Below are positions 42,279-53,171 of a DNA stretch of 64,000 nucleotides, piece after piece (the stretch's first letter is position 1; every line of letters starts with the position of its first letter). The position numbers were made by a program, and so were the translations under genes. The stretch comes from Candidatus Sulfomarinibacteraceae bacterium (GTDB taxonomy: Bacteria; Acidobacteriota; Thermoanaerobaculia; Thermoanaerobaculales; Sulfomarinibacteraceae), in assembly GCA_963796455.1 (NCBI GenBank), contig CAWCLO010000007.1, positions 32,001 to 96,000 on the forward strand, given 5' to 3'. The notes beneath the pieces were generated by a model, which saw only the letters and a program-made list of their open reading frames with translations, had not been told where the DNA came from and made no database searches.

Positions 42279-43568
42279 TCAAGGCAGGAGCTGGACCCCC
42301 GGTCCGGTCGGCCTCTCGATCCTCTCGCCGGTGGCCTCCCAGGCGAGGTGGCGGCTGAGAATCAGGCTTTGAATCGGTTGGCCGTGGGCATCCGATCCGC
42401 TGACGAGCAACTTTTCCCCGCGCGTCACCAGGCGATAGGGCCGACCCCACGGATCCTCCGAAACCGGGCTCGAAATGCTGGCCGCAAGCTCGGGGATGTC
42501 TTGCGGATAGATTCCCGTCAGGTAAAACGCTGTTTCGGCCTGGTGGGAAACGCGATCCAGACTGATCCATGAGAGGCTCTGCAGAACATATCTGTTCCAT
42601 ACGCTCTCGCGAATCTGAAATCCAGGATTGAGCGGGTTTTTCGGCACGATCATCAACGAAAAACCGAGCAGAACAAGGAAAGGAATCGCCAACCACGGCA
42701 ACGAACCAATACTGATTCGCTGAGTCCTCGCGGCCTCGATCCCACGCCGCATCTCGCGGGCGATCTCCTCCTGAGTTGCCTCACGAATGAGCCCTCTTTC
42801 GAGGAGCTCCGCAATCGCTTTGCATGTTTCGAACTCGATCAGGCTGCTCTCGAGGATGATCTCGCTGACCGAGTCCTTCCCGTTGATCAGCGGATAAACA
42901 GCCATCTGATCTTCCGAAACCTGGTTGTCGCGCATCGATCCGTTCTTGGCCGGTTCGTCACCATCAAAGCTGAATTCCAGGTCGCCTACGAACTCACCAT
43001 TTGACTCGGCGACTTCGAGATGCAAGCTCGGATTGACCTTTCGAAAGACCGTATTTCGATCCGGAATCCGTTGATCGATAAACGGCCACTCGTCCGTCAT
43101 CCTCGCGCCTTCCATGATGATGGAATCCGCCGCCATCGGCTGCAAGAGGTCGCGGTCGTAGTCGATATCGGTTTCCTGCGAGAAGTGGTAATCACCATCG
43201 GCCCAGCGAAAGACCCGGTAGACGATCTGCAGAATCTGTTGTTGCAGCGCCACCCGGACCGTCTCGATCGGCACGACATGATGATCAATCAGAATCCGAC
43301 CGAGACGCTGCAAGGTCTCTTCCTGGCGGCGAAGCGCGCCGTCCAGTTCCTGCTGGCTCACCTCACCCCTTTTCAGAAGAATGAGGCCGATCATGTCCTC
43401 AGTATGCTGATTGAGGGTTGAAGCCCCGACGATACAACCGTCCTGGAACGACACCGTGACCAGGTTCTCCTCGGTTCTGAGGGTCAGGACTCCCGTTTTA
43501 CGCTGCAACGAGATCAGCTGCAGGATATCGGCGAAGGAAAAGTCTCGGAGGGTGCCTTCGAGCGCCAT
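42279..43568 (-). CDS. DUF4388 domain membrane protein
   Basis: MALEGTLRDFSFADILQLISLQRKTGVL, VFRWADGDYHF, IMEGAR..DEW; one TM; DPWGRPY motif. Confidence 0.85.
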   Translation of the reverse strand: MALEGTLRDFSFADILQLISLQRKTGVLTLRTEENLVTVSFQDGCIVGASTLNQHTEDMIGLILLKRGEVSQQELDGALRRQEETLQRLGRILIDHHVVPIETVRVALQQQILQIVYRVFRWADGDYHFSQETDIDYDRDLLQPMAADSIIMEGARMTDEWPFIDQRIPDRNTVFRKVNPSLHLEVAESNGEFVGDLEFSFDGDEPAKNGSMRDNQVSEDQMAVYPLINGKDSVSEIILESSLIEFETCKAIAELLERGLIREATQEEIAREMRRGIEAARTQRISIGSLPWLAIPFLVLLGFSLMIVPKNPLNPGFQIRESVWNRYVLQSLSWISLDRVSHQAETAFYLTGIYPQDIPELAASISSPVSEDPWGRPYRLVTRGEKLLVSGSDAHGQPIQSLILSRHLAWEATGERIERPTGPGVQLLP

Positions 43569-43569
43569 C

Positions 43570-45378
43570 TTATCTCCGGTTCCAGCCGGCCACGCCCGAC
43601 TTCAGCACGATCAGGCCGAAAAGAACGAAGCACGCGGGTCGAAAATAACTGATGAGAGCCAGCGGTTCGATCTGCTCGAGGTATAGAGGAATCCAGATCA
43701 GAGCGCCGGTCAAAAAGAACCAGGCAAAGAAGCCGGTGATGAGGCCGCGAACCACCTCGCCATCCAAAAGACTCGGACTGCCGGGAATGACAAAGGCGCC
43801 AACCCGTCGCACGAGCGAGGTCACGGTCTCCCAGTGCCGGATCTGTCTCAGTTTCGCGGTCTGTTGCTCAATCGAAACCACATCACGTTTTTGAAAGACC
43901 GAAACGCACTGAGAACAGTAGACGCTACTCTCTCCGAAGCCCTGGGCCATACGGTAGAGCTTGCCGCACTTTGTGCATTCGCGCGCGGGTGGATAAGTTC
44001 GGAGACGAACCAGGAGCACGATCAAACCGAGGATGGCGCCGACGATGAAAACCGCCGAAAGCTCCGTCCCGATCTTTTTGAAGGGGTCGAGTGAAAAGCT
44101 GGAGTGACCCATGCTGAGTCGCTGGTCAGGGTCGAGCTCATCGATCAAATGATCCACATCCCTGGACGTGAGCCAGGGATAACGAATCCTTGGATCCAGG
44201 CCACGGAGACCGTTTTCCGCCGAATCACGACCGGCGATCTCTCGAGCGCGGGCCCGCGCCTCATCGCCCTCTTGGAACCTCCGGGTCAGATCGAATGCCA
44301 GGGAAAGATTGTGATACGCAAACGAATTTCGTTCGTTGATTTCGAGTGCCTGGTTGAAGAGTTGAATGGCACGTTTGGTGTTGCCCTCTTCCAACTCGAG
44401 GTTGCCGACAAAAATCAAGGGCCGGGCCTGGCCCTCGTCGAGCAACGCCGCCTTTTGAAACTGCACCTTGGCCCGTGCGGGCTCACCATGCATGCGCAGG
44501 AGTTCGCCATAGATGAGATGGTAGAGCGCGATCTCATCGAGCTCAGTTGCCAATTGGTCGGTCTCTCGAAGGCTCGAGAAATCCAGCTGCCGCTCATCCA
44601 GCATGACCGCGACTCGGTCGCTCAAGGTCCTTGCCTGGAGTTTGTTCTCCTGAATCCACTCCAGTGTCGGTACGAACAGGGAGAGAGAAAGACACGCCAC
44701 AAACGCCCAGATCCTGAGCCTCTGACCGAGATAGATCCAACTCAGGCTGAAGAGATAGACCAGAAGCCAGATGGGGCCGAGGCCGGCGAAAATAGGCAAC
44801 AACAAGATGACGACCCCGAAAACCCACGCGTTGGCCGACCGGAACATCTTGCCGCCCAACTCCCGCGCATCGTGGAGGGAGGAGCGCAAATAACGAAAGG
44901 TCACCACGACAATCATTGCCAAAAAGGCCAGCGCCAAGGAGAAGATGCTCCAATATGCCAGCCAGGCCCCGACAATTCGACGGGTCGGCTCGAAGCGGAT
45001 CAGACTGACCCAGCCGGATGCATAGCCTCGAATGGCTGCCACCGGTGTCCCTCGCTGCCAGGCCCAACGCGCCTCTAAAAAGTAACTGGTTGGATAGTCG
45101 GGATCGAGCCGCTGCGCAATGCGAACCGCCGTCTCTCCTGCAGTTCCCGGCCGTCCCTCAGCCCACCGCACCAGGGCCGTGGCAAAGGCCGTCATCCGCC
45201 GGACATCGAGCTCTCCCGCCCTCTCTTCCAGAACCTGCGCCGCCCGTTCGGCACCCGCCGCATTCCCCGATGCCAGATTCGCCTGAACCTCATGCCACGC
45301 GTCCATCAGGTTCGCCTGCACCGGAGTTGCTGCGGCGACCAACAATGAAAAAATGAAAAATAAGCGCCGAATCATCAT
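43570..45378 (-). CDS. TPR-containing membrane protein with a CxxC-CxxC motif
   Basis: Signal peptide, several TMs, TPRs, CTKCG...YCSQC. Confidence 0.75.
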   Translation of the reverse strand: MMIRRLFFIFSLLVAAATPVQANLMDAWHEVQANLASGNAAGAERAAQVLEERAGELDVRRMTAFATALVRWAEGRPGTAGETAVRIAQRLDPDYPTSYFLEARWAWQRGTPVAAIRGYASGWVSLIRFEPTRRIVGAWLAYWSIFSLALAFLAMIVVVTFRYLRSSLHDARELGGKMFRSANAWVFGVVILLLPIFAGLGPIWLLVYLFSLSWIYLGQRLRIWAFVACLSLSLFVPTLEWIQENKLQARTLSDRVAVMLDERQLDFSSLRETDQLATELDEIALYHLIYGELLRMHGEPARAKVQFQKAALLDEGQARPLIFVGNLELEEGNTKRAIQLFNQALEINERNSFAYHNLSLAFDLTRRFQEGDEARARAREIAGRDSAENGLRGLDPRIRYPWLTSRDVDHLIDELDPDQRLSMGHSSFSLDPFKKIGTELSAVFIVGAILGLIVLLVRLRTYPPARECTKCGKLYRMAQGFGESSVYCSQCVSVFQKRDVVSIEQQTAKLRQIRHWETVTSLVRRVGAFVIPGSPSLLDGEVVRGLITGFFAWFFLTGALIWIPLYLEQIEPLALISYFRPACFVLFGLIVLKSGVAGWNRR

Positions 45379-45809
45379 TTATTGGTGTTCTGGATAAAAA
45401 GGGTACGAAGCTGGAATACGAGGTTTTCGAGTATTTGCCCCTCCTCCGGGGAGAGATTTCCAGCGGTCTTTTCCTCGAGGGCCCCAAGATAGTCGATGAC
45501 CCGCTGCGCCTCTGCCGGTTGCGCGGGAAGATCCTCAGCTCCCACCATCAGGATTTCCGCCTGGTGGGCAAGCATCGCCACCAACTCCAGGAACTTAACG
45601 GAAGTCTCGGCATTCGCCGGACCGGGCTCGTCATTGCGAACATCCGTCCGCCCGGGCTGCTTCATTTCCGGCGGCGGTTCCTCGACCGGTTGCCTCGCTG
45701 GAACCGGCTCGGGAGCATCGACACCTCGATCGCGCGGATCACCCGCAGTAGTGAACTTCCTGCGGTCAACAACCTTGACCTTGCGCGGCGGTGTTTTGTT
45801 CTCGTCCAC
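45375..45809 (-). CDS. DUF1844 domain protein
   Basis: KVVDRRKF, IDYLGALEEKTAGNLSPEE...LRTLF. Confidence 0.82.
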   Translation of the reverse strand: MDENKTPPRKVKVVDRRKFTTAGDPRDRGVDAPEPVPARQPVEEPPPEMKQPGRTDVRNDEPGPANAETSVKFLELVAMLAHQAEILMVGAEDLPAQPAEAQRVIDYLGALEEKTAGNLSPEEGQILENLVFQLRTLFIQNTNK

Positions 45810-45928
45810 TCATGTCCTCCTGAAACGCAACTCTCCCGTTCCAAGGATACTACGTAGGCGGCCAACCGCGATCAAGCGGCAACATCCCGGTGGTCCAGCG
45901 AGGTCGATATCAGAACGATATCGGAAGC

Positions 45929-46708
45929 TCAGGAGCGAAAATCAGGCTTGCGTTTTTCAAGAAACGCCGCCGTCCCCTCGCGCATTTGATCGCTCGCCGC
46001 TCCGACCCCGAAGAGTGTCGCCTCCAACAGACAACCATCATCGAAAGGAAGATCGAGGCCGTGGTTGACCGCTTCGATACAGTGGCTGACTGCCAGTGGT
46101 CCATTACCGAGAATCCTTCGCAGCAATCCCTCGACACATTCGATCAGGTCCTCCTGTCCACAAACGAGGTTGACCAGCCCGATGCGCTCCGCTTCCTCGG
46201 CAGTGACGTTGTTCCCGGTCAGAATGATTTCGAGGGCGCGACCGCGACCGACCAATCTAGGAAGCCTCTGGGTACCGGCGTAGCCTGGAATCAAACCGAG
46301 CTTGACTTCCGGCTGACCAAATATGGCATTCGAGGAGGCCACACGGAGGTGGCACGCCATGGCCAACTCGCATCCTCCGCCCAGGGCGAAACCGTTGACC
46401 GCCGCGACAACCGGTTTGGAAGACCGCTCCAGGCGGTTGAAAATCGCCTGTCCGCGCAACGAGAACTCCTTTGCCTCGACCGGACCAAGGGAATTCAATT
46501 CGCTGATATCCGCTCCAGCCACGAATGCCTTTTCGCCCGAACCCGTGACGACAATCGCAAAAGCTTCGTCGTCCGCTTCGGCCGCCACGATCGCCGTCTC
46601 GAGTTCATCGAGAATCGATCGATTCAGCGCGTTCAGTTTGTCCGGGCGGTTGATCGTGATCCACAGAATACCGTCGCGATTCTCAGTGAGCAGATTTTCA
46701 AAAGCCAT
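45929..46708 (-). CDS. Enoyl-CoA hydratase (crotonase)
   Basis: NRPDKLNAL, AFVAGADI, VNGFALGGGCELA, GQPEVKLGLIPG. Confidence 0.93.
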   Translation of the reverse strand: MAFENLLTENRDGILWITINRPDKLNALNRSILDELETAIVAAEADDEAFAIVVTGSGEKAFVAGADISELNSLGPVEAKEFSLRGQAIFNRLERSSKPVVAAVNGFALGGGCELAMACHLRVASSNAIFGQPEVKLGLIPGYAGTQRLPRLVGRGRALEIILTGNNVTAEEAERIGLVNLVCGQEDLIECVEGLLRRILGNGPLAVSHCIEAVNHGLDLPFDDGCLLEATLFGVGAASDQMREGTAAFLEKRKPDFRS

Positions 46709-46749
46709 CTTCACCTCCGTGCGTTTCGCGGGTCAGTCTACAACGGCGG

Positions 46750-46864
46750 TGGGGCTATGGGGCATGTGAGGCTATGGGCCTGAGTCTTTGAACCTGTCTG
46801 AGGCAACAAAAAAACCCATTGCCTCATAGCCAGGCCTTGGCCGGTCATAGCCCCATAGCCTCAT
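46750..46864. repeat. Inverted octamer arms (GGCTATGG)n...(CATAGCCY)n
   Basis: Left arm 46750-46778; right arm about 46822-46864. Confidence 0.65.
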
Positions 46865-46913
46865 TCTGGAAAATCGAAAAATCTTCTGGTCTTGCGCGCA
46901 AGCCCCTGAAGGA

Positions 46914-47789
46914 CTACTTGAAGTCCGACGGCGAGACAGCTCCACCCACGGTATAGTTGAGGACGTTGGTCTGATCGAAACACGGCACGCATTGGCGGCA
47001 CGCACCATCAGAACGCTTGATCCCGTCAGCCCCGACCCGAGCGACCACTCCGGCACACATCCAGTGGAAAGCCGGTTTGCCCTCCTGCCAGGGGGCCGTC
47101 TCTCCGACGACCAGGTTCGCCGCCTCACCAAGCTGTTTGGGGGTCAACTCAACATCGCAGGAGTCGGCGCTGCGGACCTCGCCGGCCATCATCGGAGATC
47201 TGGCGACCACTTCGCCCTGCGCGCCGACGACCGCCACAAAGTACTCGACCGGTTCGAACTCGAGGCCGTTGATCCAACTCTCGAACTCTTCGTCACTCAT
47301 CTGGGCCAGCCAGCTTCGGTCCTCGGTCTTGCCCACGCTGGCTCGTTCGCGGATGGTTTCGTCGTCGAGATCCTGATTGGGATTGCGGTGATCAGAGTCT
47401 TCCTTGTCGCGCCACCACGCAGCCTGGAGATAACGTTCTTCCTCGCGCCGCCGACTATCTTCGATCTCGTGGCGATCGAGCTTGCGTTTTTCAGCCTTTG
47501 GCATCACACCCCAGAATCGGCCTTCGCCTTCGGGGTACATATCAACGAAATACAGATCCTCCACGGTGTCGTGCAGCCGCCTGAAATACAGTTTGACCGA
47601 GGTCTCTGGCTGATTGTCTTCGACGGTCGCCCAGATGGCTCCGTTGCCGCCCACTGGAATACACTTCACCTGATCCGGCGCGACCGAAGTCGGCCCGGCC
47701 GCCCAACTCGTTGCCGCACCGCCCGCGGCGCCGGCAAACCCGGCGATGAAAGCGATTGATACGATCCATCGTCTGGATATGTCCAACAT
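46914..47789 (-). CDS. Hypothetical secreted protein with a Cys-rich C-terminus
   Basis: Signal peptide; GAGGAG RBS; ...WMCAG...ACRQCVPC. Confidence 0.7.
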   Translation of the reverse strand: MLDISRRWIVSIAFIAGFAGAAGGAATSWAAGPTSVAPDQVKCIPVGGNGAIWATVEDNQPETSVKLYFRRLHDTVEDLYFVDMYPEGEGRFWGVMPKAEKRKLDRHEIEDSRRREEERYLQAAWWRDKEDSDHRNPNQDLDDETIRERASVGKTEDRSWLAQMSDEEFESWINGLEFEPVEYFVAVVGAQGEVVARSPMMAGEVRSADSCDVELTPKQLGEAANLVVGETAPWQEGKPAFHWMCAGVVARVGADGIKRSDGACRQCVPCFDQTNVLNYTVGGAVSPSDFK

Positions 47790-47934
47790 ATCGACTCCTC
47801 AAAAGTGCGTCGGAGGGATGGAAACCACTTGGTGTCCTCATTCGAGTCTACGAAGCAGGCAAAATATTGTCAACCTATTGGATGACAAATAGATACAACT
47901 CTGTGGCGGGTCCAGGCAGCGACCGACAAAAGGG

Positions 47935-48777
47935 TCAGAAGAACCGTCTCTTCACAAAAACCACGTCACCCGCAAGGACGGCCGGATCGCCGAGACGACC
48001 CTTGCGAATATGCGCCAGGTCAAAGCTGGCGATCTCTTTCTCACCATCTACGAAGCGGTGGATCTCGATCTCTTGCGAGGCGAATTTTCCCACCCCACCG
48101 GCCTGGGATATGGCCTGCATCAGCGTCAGGCCGAGCGAAATCTCATATTGTCCGGGGCGGGCGACCTCTCCGGTGATGAAAAAGAGCTTTTTGGGAGAAA
48201 CGAAGAGCACATCTCCGGAGCGAATCAGCACATCCGGACCGACCTCCCCAGTCAGCAGCTTGGCGGTTTGAAATGTCATCGGCGGCGGTGGGCCTTCGCC
48301 ATCGACCGCCTCCGGAGCAGTGCGCCGAAGTTCAAGAACATCGCCCGCGGTCGGTTTCAGCCCGCCCGCGCGCGAGAGCAACTCGGTCAGGGTGGTCCGC
48401 CCCTGAAGATAGTAGGTCCCTGGCTTCTGGATTTCTCCGAGCAAGGTCACCGGTTGCGACACAAAGAGCTTGACGGCGACCTTGAGCTGCACATCAACGT
48501 AATAGTCCTTTTCGAGGAGCTCTTCGAGGGCAACCACGATTTCAGCCGCGGTTTTGCCCGCAACGGGCACCGAACCAAGCAGAGGGAACGTGATGGATCC
48601 GGTCGGTTCGACTGTGAAATCGCCCGATATCTCATCCTGGTCGAATGCCATGATCTCGATGACATCACCGACGCCGACGCGATAGTTCTCCTCCAGGGGT
48701 GGCTGGGTCTCCTGGGCAACCGCAAAAACCAGTGGAGCGCAGGCAAGCACAAACGATAAAACGCGAGACAAGCTCAT
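47935..48777 (-). CDS. Polysaccharide export protein (Wza/OPX-like: Poly_export plus 2 SLBB domains)
   Basis: YRVGVGDVIEI, GSITFPLLGSV, GEIQKPG, GEVARPG, QAISQAGG. Confidence 0.9.
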   Translation of the reverse strand: MSLSRVLSFVLACAPLVFAVAQETQPPLEENYRVGVGDVIEIMAFDQDEISGDFTVEPTGSITFPLLGSVPVAGKTAAEIVVALEELLEKDYYVDVQLKVAVKLFVSQPVTLLGEIQKPGTYYLQGRTTLTELLSRAGGLKPTAGDVLELRRTAPEAVDGEGPPPPMTFQTAKLLTGEVGPDVLIRSGDVLFVSPKKLFFITGEVARPGQYEISLGLTLMQAISQAGGVGKFASQEIEIHRFVDGEKEIASFDLAHIRKGRLGDPAVLAGDVVFVKRRFF

Positions 48778-48811
48778 CTTCGCACCCTAGCACACGGTTG
48801 GGCGATGAGTT

Positions 48812-50113
48812 CTAGAAGCCATAGGTCAGACCGATTGTAATGATATCGGTTGTGTAGGAAAACCTTTGCAGCGACTCGCGGTCTTCATAGACAAAAGAAC
48901 CCCACAACGAAAAGCGTGGGGTGAACCTGTATCCGAGTCCGAGCCCGAGTGTGATGATGTCATCCGATCGGGGCAGTCCCGTGATCGGGTCCGGCAACTG
49001 ATAATCATTGTTCTGGAACCTGCCGCTGGCCTGACCGAAGATCGAACCGCGATCGAGGCTGTAGAGAAGCCCTGCGCCGGTCGCCAGATAATTTGCGTTG
49101 AAGGCAAAATTCGAGGGATAGGGCATCCTCAGCGCGTCAACTCTTATGACCGAACCGTGGGCGAGATCCCAACTGAGAAATCCCTGCGTAATGAACCCGG
49201 AAAAGTCTTCGACCGGGGGATCACCGGGCTGGAGGTCATAGCTGATGACCCGATAGCCCACCCGAAGCTCCGTTCCGACGACCGGGCCAAGTTGACCCTG
49301 GATGCCCACGGTCACGTCGTTGGAGACCGAATCCCTGAAGTCATTACTCAGGAACTCGTTGTCGTGGGCGTCGAAATCCGCAACTCCGTAGCGGACATCC
49401 ATCGTGAGCGATGAATTCAGGAGATGCATCCAACCGATGCCGCCCGAAACCACCGTGTAATCGTAGAAGAATCTCGGATCCGAGTGGTCGAGATCGGCCC
49501 AATCGAAGTCCACAAATATCCCGTCCCGGTGTGTCAACCAGTATTCGACGCCCACCCGTGCGGAATTCTTGACGAAACCCGGGTCCCCAAATACCAGCTC
49601 ACCCCCCGGATCGACCAGCCGTGTCTGCAGATTTCCGAAGACGTAGTTGTAGGCGGCGTCAATAATCAGACCGGATGAAAAAACGAAACGCCCTCCGAGT
49701 TCGAAAAAGTGGGACCACTTGTCGCTCAGCTCATAGTTCTGATAGGAGGTGTATTGCGGCGAATACGAGAAGCGAATGTGTGACTGATTGATCGGCATGC
49801 GAAAAAGAAAGCGTGCACTCGCCTGGAGTACCTGGTCGCGGACAGGATTTTCCGCGGTAAAGAAGATATTGTCGCGATCCTGCCAGGTCAGCTGCACTGC
49901 GGGGCTGAATAGAAATGGACCGACGGGAATCGCATCATCGACGACACCGCCCGCCAGGGAAGTCGACTGAGCCGTCATTGGCGCCGTTTCCTGTGCCCAA
50001 AGCGGCGCCGAAACCGAGAGCATATAGGCGAGAATCGCGGTGAATAAACACCCATCCTTCAACCTACAAGCTCCCCGCATACAGGTCATTTTCTCATTGT
50101 CCAATTTCTTCAA
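48812..50113 (-). CDS. Outer membrane beta-barrel protein associated with polysaccharide export
   Basis: Signal peptide, amphipathic beta strands, C-terminal Phe, adjacent to the OPX gene; start uncertain (50113 or 50089). Confidence 0.75.
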   Translation of the reverse strand: MKKLDNEKMTCMRGACRLKDGCLFTAILAYMLSVSAPLWAQETAPMTAQSTSLAGGVVDDAIPVGPFLFSPAVQLTWQDRDNIFFTAENPVRDQVLQASARFLFRMPINQSHIRFSYSPQYTSYQNYELSDKWSHFFELGGRFVFSSGLIIDAAYNYVFGNLQTRLVDPGGELVFGDPGFVKNSARVGVEYWLTHRDGIFVDFDWADLDHSDPRFFYDYTVVSGGIGWMHLLNSSLTMDVRYGVADFDAHDNEFLSNDFRDSVSNDVTVGIQGQLGPVVGTELRVGYRVISYDLQPGDPPVEDFSGFITQGFLSWDLAHGSVIRVDALRMPYPSNFAFNANYLATGAGLLYSLDRGSIFGQASGRFQNNDYQLPDPITGLPRSDDIITLGLGLGYRFTPRFSLWGSFVYEDRESLQRFSYTTDIITIGLTYGF

Positions 50114-50617
50114 TTCAAAGGGTCAGCCAGCCGGCGCACAAAAAATCATCTAAACCACTGCTCCCAATGACTATACCATATTGGGAATCGATTCCAATTG
50201 ATCCTCGTTCAGACTGCGAGGAGGGCCGGTTTTTAAATCACAATGAGCGGATCAAAGACTGTTGAATTTTTGATCTCTCGTTTTATTTTCCTTGAATCGT
50301 TCCTCGATACATTGACAGGAACGACGCGCAAAAGTCACGTCGGTTTCTGATTCTTTCGCCACGATCCGAAAACCGAGATCCAGGCATCTCTCAGAGTGAA
50401 ATCCAAGCTGCCTGAGCCGACAACCAGGGCGATGGCGAAGGGCTGGATCACAACTCGATTGTAACCCATACACCCGTCTGATGCCGCATCTCGTCAACAA
50501 TCGATACCGAGCGAATGAACGGGCCGTCGAAAAGGATGCAACCCCTTCTATTCCGTGACTTGGAATCTGCCAGACCACATCCAACTCGAAACCCGGACGC
50601 GGAAATCCTCAAAATCC

Positions 50618-50663
50618 TTGCCAACCTGCGGCGAAACGTGCAAAATGAATGAGTGTTCATTCA
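50618..50663 (+). promoter_or_regulatory. fad operon promoter with a TetR/FadR(YsiA)-type palindrome
   Basis: TTGCCA-N17-CAAAAT, directly followed by TGAATGA-GTGT-TCATTCA (50646-50663). Confidence 0.75.
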
Positions 50664-50730
50664 CCACAGAGCATCACACGGTCCCCCGGCGCAACGCCGA
50701 TGGACCCAAATCAAGGTTGGAGGTTGATCC

Positions 50731-53157
50731 ATGGGCACTGAGATTCGCAGGGCCGCAGTTCTGGGGGCCGGGGTAATGGGTTCCGGCATTGCCGCCCACC
50801 TCGCCAACGCCGGTATTCCGGTTCTGCTCCTGGACATCGTGCCGCCGGAATTCGGCGATGACGACAAGAAAAAGGGGCTCACCGAGACCGACTCACGGTT
50901 CCGCAACAAGTTTTCGCTCGCCGGCCTCGAGGGCATCAAAAAGTCGAAACCGGCAGCCCTCTATTCGAAACGATATCTTCCGCTGATCGAAATCGGCAAT
51001 TTCGAGGACGATTGGGGCAAGCTCGCCGAGTGTGACTGGATCGTCGAGGTGGTGGTCGAGCGCCTCGACATCAAACAGAAGATCTTCGCCCGGGTCGACG
51101 AGATCCGCAAACCGGGAAGCATCATCTCCTCGAACACCTCCGGTCTCTCCATCAAAGGCATGACCGAGGGACGCTCGGATGATTTTCGACAGCACTTCCT
51201 CGTCACCCACTTTTTTAATCCGGTGCGTTACATGCGCCTTCTGGAACTTGTGGCCGGCGAGGAGACAAAAGGCGAGATTCTCGACTTTTTCACCGACTTC
51301 GGTCGCTTCCGTCTCGGTAAGGGCATCGTGTTCGGCAAGGACACTCCGAACTTCATCGGCAACCGAATCGGAACCTACGGGATCGCCGCCACCTTCAAGG
51401 CCATGATGGAAATGGACTACCAGGTGGATGAGGTCGACGCCATCACCGGCCCGGCCATGGGTCACCCCGGCAGCGCCTCCTTCGGCACCATCGACCTCGT
51501 GGGGCTCGACGTACTCGCCCACGTGACCAACACCATTTACGAGGGTTGCGCCGATGACGAACAACGTGAAGTGTTCAAGGTGCCCGATTTCCTCACCAGG
51601 ATGATCGACGCCGGTTCGCTCGGCCGCAAGACCAAAGCCAAAGGCGGCTTCTATCGGATCCAAAAAGAGGAAGACGGATCGAAAACCAAACTGGTTGTCG
51701 ACTGGAAGACCGGAGAATACCGGCCCAAGGCACGACCGAAACTCGATTCCCTCAAAAAGGCCAAGGCGACCCACGATGTCAAGAAGCGCATTCACGACGT
51801 GGTCTATTCGGATGACCGCGCCGGTGCCTTCGCCTGGCGGCTGATGCGCGATACCCTCGCATACAGCTCGATCCGGTTCGGCGAGATTTCGGATTCCATC
51901 GTCGACATCGACAACGCCATGCGCTGGGGCTACAACTGGGATCTCGGCCCCTTCGAGACATGGGATGTCCTCGGTGTGGCAAAGGTCGTCGAGAAAATGC
52001 AGTCCGAAGGCATCGAGCCCGCACCTTGGGTCAACGAAATGTTGGCCGCGGGCAACGAGACCTTCTATATCGAGTCCGCAACCGGACGCGAGTACTACGA
52101 CCCGGCGACAAAATCCTATCTCTCCGAGCCCAGACCCGAGACCTTCCTCTTCTTGCCCGAGATCAAGCGCGATGAGAAAAAGATCGTCTACGGCAACAAG
52201 AGCGCGTCCCTGGTGGATCTGGGCGACGGAATCGCCTGCGTCGAATTCCACTCGGCGCTGCAGCCGCGAATGAACCCCATCGACGACAAGATCATGGACG
52301 TCATGTACAAGGGCCTGGAGATCGCGGAACGAGACTTCCGGGGTCTGGTCATCCACCACCAGGGTGAGAACTTCTCGGCCGGTGCAAACCTCCTGATGGT
52401 CCTCGAAGGCATCCACGCCAACCAGTGGGGGGCGATCAGCGAGATGATCGAACACTTCCAGGGGATGACACGGAACCTGCTCAAGGCGCGAATCCCGGTC
52501 GTGACCGCACCCTTTGCCTATACCTTCGGCGGTGGCTGTGAAATCACCATGGGAGGAGACCGCGTCTGCGCCGCCGCCGAGACCTATATGGGTCTGGTGG
52601 AGGTCGGTGTCGGTCTGATCCCCGCGGGCGGCGGTTGCTGGGCCATGCTCGAGCGGGTGCTCGAGGGTGTCGACGAACCGGTTCTATCGAACCTCCCGTT
52701 TATCCGAACCGCCTTCGAGAACATCGGCATGGCCAAGGTGGCCACTTCCGGTGAAGAGGCCCGCGACCGCAAATTCCTGCGGCCATCGGACAAGGTGGAG
52801 ATCAACCGCGACCAACAACTGTGGACCGCCAAACGAATGGCGATCGGTCTCGCAGAAGAGGGTTACACTCCGCCGCTGCCAAAGAAGCTCAACCTTCCCG
52901 GCAAAGAAGGACTGGCCACTCTGGAGATGATGCTCCACAACATGAAACTCACCCACTGGGTCTCGTCCCACGACGAAAAGATCGGACGGCACCTCGGAAG
53001 GATCTTGACCGGCGGCGACACCACCATCAACGATCCCGTCGATGAGCAGACGATCCTCGATCTCGAACGCGAGGCCTTCCTCTCGCTCTGCGGCGAACCA
53101 AAGACCCAGGACCGCATCTCATACATGCTGGTCAACAACAAGCCGCTGCGGAACTGA
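50731..53157 (+). CDS. fadN: 3-hydroxyacyl-CoA dehydrogenase / enoyl-CoA hydratase (FadN-type domain order)
   Basis: [31 protein letters not shown]-terminal crotonase domain ([18 protein letters not shown]), KPLRN end. Confidence 0.9.
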   Translation: MGTEIRRAAVLGAGVMGSGIAAHLANAGIPVLLLDIVPPEFGDDDKKKGLTETDSRFRNKFSLAGLEGIKKSKPAALYSKRYLPLIEIGNFEDDWGKLAECDWIVEVVVERLDIKQKIFARVDEIRKPGSIISSNTSGLSIKGMTEGRSDDFRQHFLVTHFFNPVRYMRLLELVAGEETKGEILDFFTDFGRFRLGKGIVFGKDTPNFIGNRIGTYGIAATFKAMMEMDYQVDEVDAITGPAMGHPGSASFGTIDLVGLDVLAHVTNTIYEGCADDEQREVFKVPDFLTRMIDAGSLGRKTKAKGGFYRIQKEEDGSKTKLVVDWKTGEYRPKARPKLDSLKKAKATHDVKKRIHDVVYSDDRAGAFAWRLMRDTLAYSSIRFGEISDSIVDIDNAMRWGYNWDLGPFETWDVLGVAKVVEKMQSEGIEPAPWVNEMLAAGNETFYIESATGREYYDPATKSYLSEPRPETFLFLPEIKRDEKKIVYGNKSASLVDLGDGIACVEFHSALQPRMNPIDDKIMDVMYKGLEIAERDFRGLVIHHQGENFSAGANLLMVLEGIHANQWGAISEMIEHFQGMTRNLLKARIPVVTAPFAYTFGGGCEITMGGDRVCAAAETYMGLVEVGVGLIPAGGGCWAMLERVLEGVDEPVLSNLPFIRTAFENIGMAKVATSGEEARDRKFLRPSDKVEINRDQQLWTAKRMAIGLAEEGYTPPLPKKLNLPGKEGLATLEMMLHNMKLTHWVSSHDEKIGRHLGRILTGGDTTINDPVDEQTILDLEREAFLSLCGEPKTQDRISYMLVNNKPLRN

Positions 53158-53171
53158 AAAGGAGCCAGGAA

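Noticed and set aside
50114..50610. Lower-GC intergenic stretch as a possible ncRNA or small gene
   Set aside because: No recognisable tRNA, tmRNA, SRP, 6S or riboswitch motif; adequately explained as a divergent promoter region.
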